The notes beneath the pieces are model-generated. The model did no database searches and was not told the DNA's origin. It saw nothing but the letters and a program-made list of their open reading frames with translations. A stretch of DNA of 64,000 bases from positions 310,001-374,000 of the forward strand of contig JABVCE010000020.1 in the NCBI GenBank assembly GCA_014905635.1, read 5' to 3'. The stretch's first letter is position 1, and the number at the start of each line of letters is the position of its first letter. This DNA comes from Scenedesmus sp. PABB004. Its lineage: Eukaryota. A program made the translations under genes and the position numbers. Below are positions 1 through 12,238 of this stretch, piece after piece.

Positions 1-1885
1 GCGCCTGGCAGGCGCCGCCAGGGGGGGGGGGGGGCGGCGCTCTGCTGGCGCTCTCCACGCCGCGCCGCGCCGCGGCGTGCGCCGCCGGCCTGGCCGGCGC
101 TCTCACCGCTCACCCGTGTGGCTCGCCCACACACGCGCCCGGCCGGCCTGCCCAGGGCGCGCACGTTTGGCTTCTCTATCATCGACGTGGTGCAGGGCCT
201 CACGCGCGAGCAGGCGCGCCGCTGGGCGCGCCGCCCGCCGGGCCCGCTTTGTCTCTCTTCCCCCCCCCCCACACACACCACACGCGCACACACACGCACA
301 CACACACCGCACAACCGCAACTCACACCGCAACTCACACCGCCGCCGCGCACGCGCCGCCGCCGCCGCAGACGGCGCGCTACCAGGCTGCTTTCGCCGCA
401 AAGTACGCCGCCCTCGGCGCCACGAGCGTCGCGTTCGCCGACTACTACTCCCCGGACGCCTTCGTCGCGGGCCACGCCGCCGTCATCGGCACGCCCAGCG
501 CGGTCTTTGTCGTGTTTAGGTGCGCGCGCGCGGAGCCCGCCGCCGCGCGTCGCTCGCCGCCGCGCCGCGCGGGGGTCGCTGCCGTGCCGCACCCGCGCGC
601 CCGCCCGCGCGCCCATTCGGACGCCGTCAACGCCGCAGGGGCACCGCCGACCTGGGGCAGGGCTGGACGAGCGCCGACATCCGCCCGGTCTCGCACAGCG
701 TGCTCGGCGCGACCGTCCAGCTCTACCAGGCTCCCTATCGCTCCACGATGGGCGTCTGGCCCGAGGTGTCGCGCCTCGTCGCGGCCGCGGCCGCGGCCGC
801 GACCGGCGCGCCGGGCGGCGCCCCGCCGCGCGTGTACCTCACCGGGCACAGCCTCGGCGGCGCGTCGGCGTGCCTCACCGGCCTGCTGCTCAAGGAGGCC
901 GGGTATGCCATCGGCGGCGTGTTTGCGTTTGGGCCGTACAAGCTCGGCACGTCGTGCGGCGCCGGGGAGGAGTGCTGGGTCAGTGTGTATGACCGCCACC
1001 TCGGGCCCGTCACCTGGGCGTGGTGGAACAACCAGGACCCCATCCCGGTGCGCGCGCGGCGCCTGGGGCGGGAGGGAGGGCAGGCGGCGGCGCGGGCGGC
1101 GGCGCGTGCCCGGGCGGAAGAAGGCGGAGCGGCCATCTGATGCGTGTGTGTGCTCGCGCGTGCCCCGTTGTCCCGCCCGGCCTGCGTGCGCTGTGCCCCC
1201 GCCCCGCTGCTGAGCGCCGCCGCCGCGTGCGCCGCCGCCGCGTGCGCAGGCGCTGCTCGACTCCGCGCTGGGCACGAGCTTCGCTGAGTCGGCGTGGGGC
1301 CACGTGCCGAGCGACCGCGGCTGGATCCGCGTCGTCGGCGACCAGTGCCTGCGCGCGAGCGGCACGCGCCTGACCGAGGTCTGCCCGCCCGAGATCGACG
1401 CCGCTGACGGCGCGGCCGACGGCGTGTGCTCGCGCCCCTTTGTCGAGGCGCACCTGCCCTGGGTGTACCTGCAAAAGGTGGCGCGCTGCGCGCTGCTGCA
1501 GTCGCCGCGCGAGGGCGACGCGGCGCGCGTCGACGCGTGCGGCCGCGCCGCGGTCTGGGAGGTGCTGCTCGGCCTGCCTGCGCCGAGCGGCGCCGCGGCC
1601 GCGAGCGCGGCCGTGCTGGGCCGGCTGTCGGAGCTCGCGGCGCCCGCGAGTGCGGCGCAGCTCAGCCAGCTCGCGGCGCTGCAGCGCTCCACGTCTGCGC
1701 AGACCGCGGCGTGGCGCGCGGTGTCGGCGGCGGCCGGCGTGCCCGTGGCGCCGGCGGGCGTGCCCGTCATGCCCGGCGGCGCAGTGCCGGGGCGGCCAGA
1801 GGCGCGCAAGGCGCGCAACGCCAGCGCCGCGCCCGCGCCGGCGGCGCGGCCCGCGCCGGCGGTGCGGCCCCCGGCGGCGGGGTGA
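1..1885 (+). CDS. Class 3 (fungal-type) lipase, alpha/beta hydrolase; multi-exon, 5' end probably upstream of the window
   Basis: Exons at about 156-213, 371-520, 639-1047 and 1250-1885 give 'VFVVFR|GT', the nucleophile elbow 'VYLTGHSLGG', 'FAFGPYKLG', 'NNQDPIP' (candidate catalytic Asp) and 'WGHV'. Stop TGA ends at 1885. Confidence 0.8.
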
Positions 1886-2295
1886 GCGCTGGGTCGTCTC
1901 ATGGGGTCATGAGGCCCTGGCCGCCACACGGGCTAGGCAGGACGCGCTGGCTGCTCGCAGGGTGGACCCGAATAAGCCCGGCGGGCTTTGCATTGCCTGC
2001 GGCTGTGCAGGAGAGGGCCGCTGCAGCAGTTGGCGCGTGCGGCGGCAGCCGAGGCTGGGCCCCTGCGGGCCGCACGCAGTTGAGAGTGATCCCTCGGGTC
2101 GCGGCCTGTGCCGGCAGTTTTTGTTGGCGGCTTATTGGGCTGTCTTGCAGGCCAATAACTGAACTCCCCCGACCGCCTGCAAATATACGCGGCATGCCAG
2201 TGCTGCCGCGCGGCTGACGGCGGCGGCCGTGCAGGCTGTGTGCAGCGGGGCCGAATGCGGCGGCCACACCATTTTGTTGCTCGCCTGTGCGAGGC

Positions 2296-2300
2296 TGTAA
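2296..2300 (+). terminator. Candidate chlorophyte poly(A) signal TGTAA for the lipase gene
   Basis: TGTAA is the established near-upstream poly(A) element in Chlorophyceae. It is rare in this GC-rich sequence and lies about 410 nt after the lipase stop. Confidence 0.45.
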
Positions 2301-2587
2301 CCGGCGGGGCCTGCGGTCACACGCGCCGGACACAGGGCCCAGCCACCGCGGCCCAGCCCAGATCGCTCCTTGCGCAGGAGCCCTCGCGCAGCGTGTCGCA
2401 GCTGGCGGGCAAGGAATTGGATCACCCCTCGTGTCGCGAGCGAGCCCCGCCCCCACCAAAACTGTGCTCTCGAGAAGGCTCTCTCTCTCCCGCCAGCCCC
2501 GCGGCGCGGGACGTGTGCTGCGCTGTGCAGCTGCACACATGTGACAGCCGCGCTGCGCCGGCGGCAGCACCGGCTGCCGCCCCGCGC

Positions 2588-5500
2588 TCACAGCAGGTCC
2601 AGGGCGGCGGGGTCGTCGGCCGAGCGCCGGCCGCGCGCGAGCAGGGCCGCCGGGAGCCACTCGGCGGCCGGCTGGCCGCGCCCCCAGAAGATGCGGCCCC
2701 AGGCCAGGTAGCCATACAGTCGGTCGTCCGCCGGGGCGTTCAGCGGGTCGCCGGGGTAGCCGTACTCTGGCGCCGCCGCGTCGTAGCCCGCCGCCGCCGC
2801 GACGAGGCGCGCCGCCTCGGTGTCGGCGGGCGCGCGGCAGGCGCCCGACGCGTAGCAGAGCGCGGCGATGCCGCTCACGTGCGGGCAGGCCTGGACGGTG
2901 CGGCGCCGCGCGCGGCACGGCGCGGCGCGGGGTCGGGCGCGGCGCTGCGCACGCCCGTCCACCGCCGCCGCAGCCGCGCTGCTGCCCCTGCCGCCGCACC
3001 ATGCTCGTGCCCGTCATCTTGGCGTAGCCCTTGAACGCCGCGCCCTTGGCCAGGGGGTAGGTGGACGTGATGTCCTCGCCTGCGGCGGGGGCGGCGGCGG
3101 GGGCGGCGGCGCGGCGGGCGCAGGGTTCAAGGCTTCAGCGCCGGCAGGGCTTGCTCGGGGCGACAGCGGCGGCGGGGCGGGGTGCGACCCGTGAGCGGCC
3201 GCCCGCCGCGCACCCGGCGCGGCGAGCACGCGGCCCGCGAGGCCGCCCGTGTCCGGGAGGGGCAGGAAGTTGGACCACGCGCTCGCGTGGTCGCCGCCGG
3301 GCGCGCCGTCGGCGTCCGTGATCGCCGTCACCGCCAGCACGCCGGGGCAGGCGGCGGGGACCTCCTGCAGGAGCGGCACGCCGCTGTTGCCTGCGACGGG
3401 CGGGCGCGCCGCGGCCAGCGGGGGGTTCAGCGCGGCCGGCGCGCGCGCGCTGCCGCGTCCGCGGCGCCAGGTCCCGCGGCCCCGCGCGGCCGCCCGCGCC
3501 CTCCCGCTCCCCTGCCCCGCCGCCTCGTGCCGCCGCCGCCGTCCCGCCCGGGCCTCCTCCTCCCCGCGGCCGCCTCGAGCGCACCCGCGGCGGTGACGAC
3601 GGTCATGCCGAGCGCCGCGAGGCGGCCGACGTACCCGCACTCCTCGTCCGACGCGTCGCCCGCGCCGCTGAGGCTCAGGTTGACCACGCGCACGCCCGCG
3701 GCGCGGCCCGAGGAGAGCAGGTGGTCGTAGGCACGGAGGAGGTCGCTGAAGAGGCCGTTGCCGTCGGCCTTGAGCACACGCAGCGCGTAGATGCCGACGC
3801 CGGGCGCGACGCCGACGATGCCCTTGCCCTGGTTGCGCGCGCCGATGGTGCCTGGGAGGCGGCGCGGCGCGACGCGGCGCGCAGCGCGGCGCGTCGGCGG
3901 CGCGCCGGCGCGCGTGCACGGCGCGGGGCCGCGGCCGCGCGCGCTCGCGGGCGCCGGCGCGCCGGCGCGGCGAGTGCCAGCGCGGCGCGCACCTGCGACG
4001 TGCGTGCCGTGGCCGTGCGAGTCGTCGGCGAAGGTGAGGTCTGGCTCGTCGGCGACGAGGTTGGCGCCGCCGACGACGTTGAGATCGGGGTGGCTCCCGT
4101 CCACGCCCGTGTCAACGACCGCGACGACCACGCCCAGCACCGGCGCGGCCGAGAGGTCGGGCACGCGCCCGCCGTGCACGCCCTCGAGCCGCTTCACGCC
4201 GGCTGGCACAAACTCGTTGCCCGCGAGTGCCACTGACCGGGCGGTGCGGCGTGGGGTGGGGTGCGGGCGGGTGGGGGGGGGGGCAGCGCGGGCGGGCGCG
4301 GGCCGTGGCGCGCACGCGCACGCGCGCACGCGCTCACCCGTCGGCACGCCGCCCGCCACGACCGTGTCGGCCGGCGGCGGCGGCGGCGGCGGCGGGGGCG
4401 GCGGGGGCGGGGGCGGCGGCGGCGGCGGCGACGCCAGCGGCGGCGGCGGCGGCGCCCCCGCGGGCGGCGGGGGGCTCGCCTGCGCCGGCGGCGGCGGCGG
4501 GGGCCGCGGCGCCGCCACGCCGGGCGGCGGCGGCGGCGCCCGCACAAACACGCCCGACCGGAACTCGTCGACGCCCGCGGCGAGCTGGTCCGCCGTGCAC
4601 ACGGCGCCGGGCAGGGGCACGTTGGCGGGGCTCACGCCGCAGGTGCCCAGCCAGTCGTTGTTGAACTTGAGGTCGGTCGCGGAGCGGCTGAACGAGCAGC
4701 CCGCGCCGTCGGGCATGAGCACGCTGCTCCACTGCACGCTGCCCAGCCCCGGCCCGCAGCGCGCGCCCTGCAGGATGAGCGTCGAGCTCTGCCCGCCGTT
4801 GCAGCCGACCGGCTGGCTGAGCGTGAGCCGCAGCAGCGCGAGGCGCGCGGGGCTGACGCAGCCCGCCGCCGGCGCGTCGGCGCACACCGCCGTGGGCAGG
4901 CCCGGCGCGGTCGTCGGCGGCACGCCGCACTGCCCCATGTGCGCCGCGTTCCAGGGGTCCACGTCGACTGCCTTGCGGTACTGCAGGCAGCCGCGGAGGG
5001 GCGCTCCGGTGGTCGCGTTGACCGCCTGCATGCCGAGCCAGCGCGTGCGCCCGAGCCCCGCGCCGCAGCGCTCGCCAAACCACATGATGCGCGCGCCGGC
5101 GACCTTGCAGCCCTCCCAGCGCAGCGCGGTCGCGGGGTTGGACACCCCGGTGAGCGTCTTGGCCGGCACGCAGCGCTCTGCGGCGGCGCGGCCGCACGGC
5201 GGGCGGCTGAGCCGCAGCGCGGCGCCCGCCGGGCACGCCGGGCGCGCCGCGCCGGCCCGGCCCGGCGCGCGGCCGCTGCTGCCCCACCTTGGCTGATGGA
5301 GACGACGCGGTCGGGCAGCACGCGCCGCACGCCCGCCGCGCCGCGCAGCGCGCGGAAGAGCCGCCGCTCCTCCACGCCGCGCGGCACCTCGACCACCAGC
5401 CCCTTGGGCCGCCGTGGCGCGGGCGGGGCGCCGACTGCCGCTGCAGCCACGCGCATGCGCTCCTCGCCGGCGGCGGCCGCGCCGAGCGTGGCCTTGACGC

Positions 5501-6177
5501 TGAACAGCTGCTGCCCGCCGCCGCTCGGGGCGCCGCCGCCGAACGACGCGATGCTCACGGGTGCGACGCCCGCGGCCGCGGTGACGGCCGGCGGCGGCGC
5601 GAGCTCCGCCGCGACGTGCCGGTTCAGGCTGCGGCGGGCGCGGCGGGCGCGGCGGGCGGCGTTGGCGGCAGCGCGCGTGCGCGGAGCGGCGGCAGGGGGC
5701 GACTTGCTCGCGAGGCGGCCGAGGCTGTCGCGCCGCCGCGCTTGCCGCCGCCGCGGCACACCTCTCGATGCCGGCGTCAAGGTCGGGCACGTCGTCGCCA
5801 AACATCACGATGTAGCGCCCCGGCACGCGGCTGCCCGCCGGCGCCACGCCGAGCGGCGGCGCGGCGTCGGCGAACGGCGCGCTCGCCGCCGGGTTGGCCG
5901 CCTCGGCCGCTGCCGGGAGTGCTTCGGGCTCTCCCCCAGCTGCTCGGAGGCTCGCCAGGGGCACGCCGTCCACGGCGACCACCGCGAGCGCCTCTCCCGC
6001 CGAGGCGCGCACAAGTGCGTCCGCGTCGTGCGCCGCGGCCTGCGCCTGCAGGCCTGGCAGCGCCAGCTCTGGCTCCACAGAGCCGGGGCGGCTCACCTCG
6101 TCCAGGCGCAGGCTGCGCGCGGCGAGCGGCCAGGCCGCGAGCAGCAGCAGCGCGGCCAGCCGGGCGCGTCGCCGCAT
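2588..6177 (-). CDS. Secreted subtilisin-like serine protease (S8) with signal peptide, I9-like prodomain, duplicated Cys-rich insert and poly-Pro linker
   Basis: ATG at 6177 followed by 'RRRARLAALLLLAAWPLAA'; prodomain-like 'VPGRYIVMF'. Triad motifs 'VAVVDTGVDGSHPDL', 'HGHGTHVAG|TI' and 'GTSM|ACPHVSG'; oxyanion-hole region 'TAAG|NSG'. Stop at 2588-2590. Confidence 0.9.
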
Positions 6178-6512
6178 GGTGGCGCTCCACGCACTACCAG
6201 TGCAGCCCTTGAACTCAGGCCGGGCGCGCGGGCAGATCCATGCCCCCACGCCGTCGCTGCGCGCTGCTCGGCTCGCGAGCCGAGGCCGTCGGGCGCGCTG
6301 GCGCGGCGTGGCAGCCTGCTATGAAGGCGTCGAAGGCGTGCCAACTGGAGCGAGCTCTGGGGACGCGCGCAGGCGGTGCGGCGGCGCCGCGGCATAAAGC
6401 TTGCCGCCGGCGTCAGAACGGTGCGGCGCTCGCGCTGGCCGCTCGCGCTGGCCGCGCTCGCCGGCAGCCCGCGCCACGCGCCGCGGCGCCGCGACGCTCT
6501 CTTGCGTGAGAG

Positions 6513-6517
6513 TTACA
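6513..6517 (-). terminator. Candidate poly(A) signal TGTAA for the RING-H2 gene
   Basis: TTACA on the + strand, about 300 nt downstream of the minus-strand stop at 6817. Confidence 0.45.
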
Positions 6518-6816
6518 CTCCTGCAAGCGGCGCGCCGGAACGCGCAACGCGCTGCCAACTCTGAGTTTGGGCTTCCAAATCAAGCGCTGCACTGCGCCTC
6601 CCCTCCACGGTGCCCGGCGCCTCGCTGCCGTTATTTCCCCACCGTGGCCGCCAGGCCCGCATCAACAACAGCTCAGCGTGGGCAGCACGTGCGCTGCTGC
6701 CTCGCAAGTGCTGCCCGCACATACTCCGCTCATTGGTTGACGGGCGAAGGCGGGCGCCGCTCAGCGTGCCGTACGGCTCCGCTGATTGGTTGGGGGCAAA
6801 GGCACCACGCACCCGC

Positions 6817-9800
6817 TCACAGCGTGCCGTACGGCTGCCGCCGCCGCTCGCGCCGCGCGCCGGGCGCGTGCCAGGTGTCGGGCACGGCCGCCGCCGCCGC
6901 TGCGGCGCCGCCGGCGTCGGCTCCAGCAGCATCGACGCCAGCGACATGCACCTGCACCTGCTGCGCCGCCTGCTGCTGCGCCACCGCCTGCTGCTGCGCC
7001 GCCGCCTGCTGCTGCGCCGCCGCCCGCTGCTGCGCCGCCTGCTGCTGCTGCGCCGCCGCCGTCACGGCAGCCTGCGCCGCCGCCGCCTGCGCCGCCGCGG
7101 CCGCCTGCGCCTGCAGGGCCTGCATCTGGTGCCAAGCGACGCGCTGCGGCTGGTGCGCGTTCACGCCGTGCAGCGGCGCGTGCGCGCCGGCGCCGGCGCC
7201 GGCGCCACCGCCGCCGCCGCGGGCGGGCCCCGGGCCGGCGCTCACGCCGGCGCCGACGCCGCCGACGCCCGCGCCCGCGGCCGCCGCCGCGCCGCCGTCG
7301 GCGTGGCCGATGCTGCCCGCGTTGCTCAGCCGGCCGGTGACGTAGCCGGCCGGGAGGTCGTGGTGCACAAAGATAGCCGGCGGCGGCTCGCTGCTGCTGC
7401 TGCCGCCGTCGCTCGCGAGCTCGAGCGCGCCGCTCCAGAGCGGCGCGCGGCAGATGGGGCACGTCCCGTGGCTCGACAGCCACTGGTCGATGCAGCCCTT
7501 GTGGAACTCGTGCCCGCACGGCAGCTGCCGCAGCATCTCGCCGGTCACGTACTCGCAGAGGCAGACAGTGCAGCTGTCCTCGTCGGCGCGCGCGCCGAGC
7601 TCGCCGCCGTCGTCCGGCGCGCCGCCGCCGCCGCGCGCGCGCCGCCGCGGGCGGCTTGGCGACCGCCGGCGAGCCCGGCGCCGACCGCGGCGCGCGCGGC
7701 GCGGCGCCGGCGGCAGCCGCTGCTGCCGTCGGCGCCGCCGCGGCCGCCGCGCCGCCGTCTGCGCCCGCGGGCGCCGCGCCGCCGCCCAGCGTGCTGCTGA
7801 GCTGCGCCGACAGCTGCGCGGTCAGCGCCTGCAGCCGCGCGCCGAGCGGCTGCCGCGCCGCGCCGGCCGCCGCCGCCGCCGCAGGGCCCTGGTCGGGCGC
7901 CGGCGCCGTGTCGGCGCCCGGCGCGTCGCCGCCGCCGCGCGGGTCCTTGTTGACGTTGTACGGCCGGCAGGGAAAGGCCTGGATGATCTCCGCCGGCACG
8001 CCGCGGCTGCTCTGCTGGCTCTGCGCCATCAGCACCAGCGCGAGCGACCCGCCCGGCCCGCCCGGCCCGCCGTCGGCGCCGGCCGCGGCGGCCGCGAGCA
8101 TCGCGGCGCGGCGCTCGCGCCAGCGCCAGGGCAGCAGCCCGTAGCGCAGCACGACGCGCTTGCAGAGCGTGAGGCCGAGGCAGAGGATGACGGCCGCGGT
8201 CACGCCCAGGAGAATCGACATGTACGGATGCATTAAGCCGGTTGAGTCAGACATGACAAAGAACGTCAGCGAAAAGGTGAAGTCCTCGGCGATGACGTAA
8301 TCAGAGTTCAGCACCGAGACCACGTACGCGCCGCCGGGGCTGAGCTGGCCGCCGGGGACCTGGGGCGGCGCGCCGCGCGGGGGGCGCGGCGGCGGCGGCG
8401 GCGGCGTGCGTGGGCGGCGCGGCGCGGCGGGCGGCGCGGCCGCGCGCGCGCGCCCGGCGGGGGCCCGCGGCGAGGGACGGAGGCGGGGGCGCGCCCCCCT
8501 CCACGCGCGAGGCGCGGTGCGACGGCGCGGCGCAGCAGCGCACCTGTAGCGGCAGCGCGGGCTGGCCGCGCGTGATGAGGCGGGCATATGGCGTCATGCC
8601 CTTGCGGATGGGGATGACCGCGCGCCGGTCGCCCACCAGCTGCCTGCGCGGGCGGCGGCGCGGGCGCGGCGGCGGCGCGGGCGGCGTCGGCGGCGGCGGC
8701 CGGCGCAGCTGGCGCGGCAGCAGGCGGCGCGGCCGGCGCCGCACCGCGGGAGCGGGCCCTGGTCAAAGGAGATGAACGCGTTGCTGTAGTTGCTCGGCGG
8801 GCTCGCGGGCTCGCCGACGAGCCACTGGATGCCCAGGTCCTGGCTCTGCGGGTTGAACCCCGGGTCCAGGGCCAGCAGGTAGAACCACCATTCCCCGGGG
8901 GTCAGCAGCTCGGGGCCGAGCTTCTGCTCGCCCGCCCCGACCGAGACGTTGGTCAGCCGGCCCTCGCACGTGAGCCCGCCAAAGCCGGGCGTGCAGCTGC
9001 ACATGAAGCCGGCGTCGTACGGCGACAGGTCCTGCATCGGCCCCACCGCGGTGACGAACCGCGCGTCCGGCGCGAGCGCTGCGAGCGGCGGCAGCGGGCC
9101 GCCGGGCGCGGCGCCGGCGGCGCCGGCGCCGCCGCCGGGCGCCGGGTCGGAGCAGGTCCCGCGGTCGTGGCAGTCGAACGGGCACGCGATCGGGTCGGAG
9201 CCGAGGTCCCGGAACGTCACGTCGAGCGCGAGCTTCGCCGGCTGGCTCAGCCGGCTCGCGTTGGAGTTGTACACGCCGACGTACCACCGCCGCGGCAGCG
9301 CGCCGCCGGGCCCGCCCGTGTACGACGCGTAGCCGCCGCTGCCGGCGCCGCCGCCGCCGGCGCCGCCACTGGCGCCGCCGCCGGCGCCGCCGGCGCCGCG
9401 AAGCGGGCCGCGCGCCATGGTCCAGTGCTTGTTGAGCTGAAGCTGGAACGAGCGCAGGTCGGCAAACGCGACGACGTCCGAGTCGAGCGCGTCGAGCGAC
9501 GGCTCCTGGCGGTCCTGCGCGCCGGCGGGTGTGGCACGGGCGCGGTCGGGGGTTGGGCGGCGGCGGCGCGGGCAGGGGTCTGGGCGCGGCGGCGCGGCGG
9601 CCTCGCCGCGCCCCGCCGCCGCGTGCCGCGGCCGCGCGCGGCCCCGCGAGCGCTCGCGCCGCGCCTGCGTGGTGAAGGGTTTGAGGAAGATCAGCGGGTT
9701 GCCGCCAAAGCCCTTGCCCACGTCGAGGCGCTGCGCGGTGAGCAGCAGCTGCTCGTCGCCGCCGCCGCCGCCGAGGCCGCTGCCCGCGCTGCCGACGCGG

Positions 9801-11614
9801 CGCGACGCGCCGCCGCCCGGCAGCGTGACCTCCCAGACGCCCCACTGCCCCGGCGGCACCGTCACGACGGCGGGCGGGCCGTTGGCCACGAGCGACGGCA
9901 GCGCGAGCTGGCAGGCATAGGAGCCGAAGCCGGTCTCGCAGTCGCACACGCGCGCGCGCTCCACCGACGTGGCCTGCGCGCCGCGGCGGCGGGCCGGCGT
10001 GTGAGGCGCGGCGCGCGCGCGTCGCCGCCGCGGCCGGCGCCGTCGCCGCCGCTCCCCGCGCTGCCCGCGCAGCCCGCGCGCCGCTCACCGCCGCGTCGGC
10101 GACGCAGTCGCCGTGCCCGCTGCACTGCCGCCCGCCCGGGGCCGCCACGGGGCAGGGCACGCCCTCCGCGCCCGCCGCGGCGCCGCGCGGCGCCGCGCGC
10201 GCGCGCTCGGCGCCGCGGCCGGCACGATGCACGACGCGCGGATGGCAAAGCCGGGCAGCGCGCCCGGCGGGTCCTGGGGCAGGTTGGCGACGGTGACGTA
10301 CCTGCGGCGCGGCCGCGGGCGCGGGCAGGGCGCGGCGGCGCGCGCGCGGTCAGCGGGCGCTCCGCCCCGCCCGCCGGCGCTGCTGCTGCCGCCGCTGCTG
10401 CCGCGCCGCCGCCGCCGCCGCGCTGCCGCCGCCGCCCCGCCCGCGCTGATGCGCCCGCCGCCGCCGCCCGCCGCGCGCCGCGCCGCGCGCACCAGCTGTC
10501 CTTGTCGAGCGGCTCGCCGGCGTCGGTCACCGGCGACGCGGTGGGGATGAAGAGCCGCGCCGACGCGCGGCCATACACGACCGCCGCGTCGTCCTGGAAC
10601 GTGCCGACCGGCGTCATGCCCGTGTCGGGGTCGCGCACCGGCGGCGTGACCTTGACCTGGCCCTCCGGCGAGATGGAGACCCACGGCTGCGTGCCGCGCG
10701 CGGCGAGCACGCGCACGTCGGCCGCGGCGCCCGGCGGCGCGCCGCGCGCGCCCGCCGCCGCCGCGCCGCCGGCGGGGAGCTGCCAGAACTCAATCAGAAT
10801 GTAGCTGCGGGCGCAGCGGCGCAGCGGCAAGGCAGCGCGGTCAGGAGGGGCGCCGCGGGCCGCCGCGCGGCGCGCAAGGCGCCCCCGGCGCGCGGCGCCG
10901 CGCGCACGTGTCGGGCGAGGGCACGCCGCAGAGCGTGCCGGCGAGCTCCGCCGCGGGCAGCTCGTAGCCGACGCACGCGCCCTGCGCGAGCGGCGCCCGG
11001 CTGACCGTCACGGGCGCGGCCTCGCCCCAGGCCTTGGCGAGCGGCAGCGCGCCGAGGGACTTGATGCTGGTCGTGCTGCAACTCATCAGCGAGCTGCTGC
11101 TGCCGCCCGGCGCCTTGCCGCCGCTCGCGGCGCTGCTGCCGTCTAGGATGTCCGGCGCGGGCGGCTTGTCGCTGGCCACGCCTGCGCGGCGGAGGGGGCC
11201 GGGGGCGCGCCTGGGCGGCGCGCGCGCGCAGCTGCGCGCGGCCGGCCGCCGAGTGGCCGCGGCGCCGCCGCCGGGGCCCGCCCCCGCGCGGCGCGCCGCG
11301 TTGCCGCGCCCAGGTCCCCGATGCGCCCGCCCCCGCCCGCGCCTCGGCCGGGCGGCGGGCTGCGCGGGGCGGTGCCCGGGCTGCTGCCGCGCGGCCTGGT
11401 GCTGCTGCCGCGCCCCGCCCGCCGCGCCGGGCCGGCCTCGGGGCCTGCCCGTTCGCCCCGCGCCTGTGGCCGCGCTGGCACAGCGCGCCCAGCGCGCCGC
11501 GGGAGCGCCCGGAGCTGCGCGCTCACCTTGCGCGATGCAGGGCGCCGCGCCCAGCGCCAGCAGCGCGAGGCCCAGCAGCGCGACACGCCGCGCCGTCGGG
11601 CGCCCGTGCCCCAT
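6817..11614 (-). CDS. Single-pass membrane RING-H2 E3 ubiquitin ligase with a large EGF-containing ectodomain
   Basis: Signal peptide 'MGHGRPTARRVALLGLALLALGAAPCIAQ'. EGF-like motifs 'CSGHGDC...VCDCETGFGSYAC' and 'CPFDCHDRGTC...CSCTPGFGGLTC'. TM 'SILLGVTAAVILCLGLTLC'; ATL-like 'GVPAEIIQAFPCRPY'. RING-H2 'CTVCLCEYVTGEMLRQLPCGHEFHKGCIDQWLSSHGTCPICR'; Q/A-rich tail. Confidence 0.8.
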
Positions 11615-11877
11615 GGCGCGGCAGCGCGGGCCTCCGCGCAATGCGGCCAACCGCTGAGAGCCGGCTTCTACACCAGCCCGCTGTGCTCTCCGGGCGCCGC
11701 GTGCGTGTGCGCCCGCTGGCGACGCGGCCCGCCGGCGATCACTCTGCCCACGGCCGGCCAGCGGGCGAACACGGCCGGCTGGCGCGCCGAGCGGCGGCGG
11801 TGCGCGCGCTTCAGTGCGCCCAGCCCACTTCGGCGCGCCCACTTCTCTCAACCCAATCCCACGCCCAGCACGCCCAG

Positions 11878-12167
11878 CTACCACTCGTCCAGCTCGGGCG
11901 CCCACGCGTCGTCGCCCAGCTCGCCGCCGCCCAGCTCGCCTCCCGCGGCGCGCGCCCCTGCGCCGTGCGCGGCAGCCGCGCCCGCGCCGCCGCCGCCGCC
12001 GCCCCGGCCGCGCGGCGCCGCCGCCGCCGCCGTCACGCCGGCGCCCTGCTGGCCGCCCCCGGGGCCCGGCCCGCTGCGCGGCGCGCCCCACGCCGCGGCG
12101 CCCGGCCAGCCGCCGTTCTGCAGCGCCGCCAGCTCGGCGAGCACCCGGTCGCTGCTGAGCACCGGGA

Positions 12168-12238
<71 letters not shown>

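Noticed and set aside
1886..2587. Lower-GC stretch as a possible inserted element or ncRNA
   Set aside because: No terminal repeats, coding signal or clear fold; best explained as the 3' UTRs of two convergent genes.
8215..8310. Short AT-richer patch within the RING gene exon before the TM helix
   Set aside because: Largely explained by Phe/Ile/Met/Tyr-rich coding content; too short to support a foreign origin.
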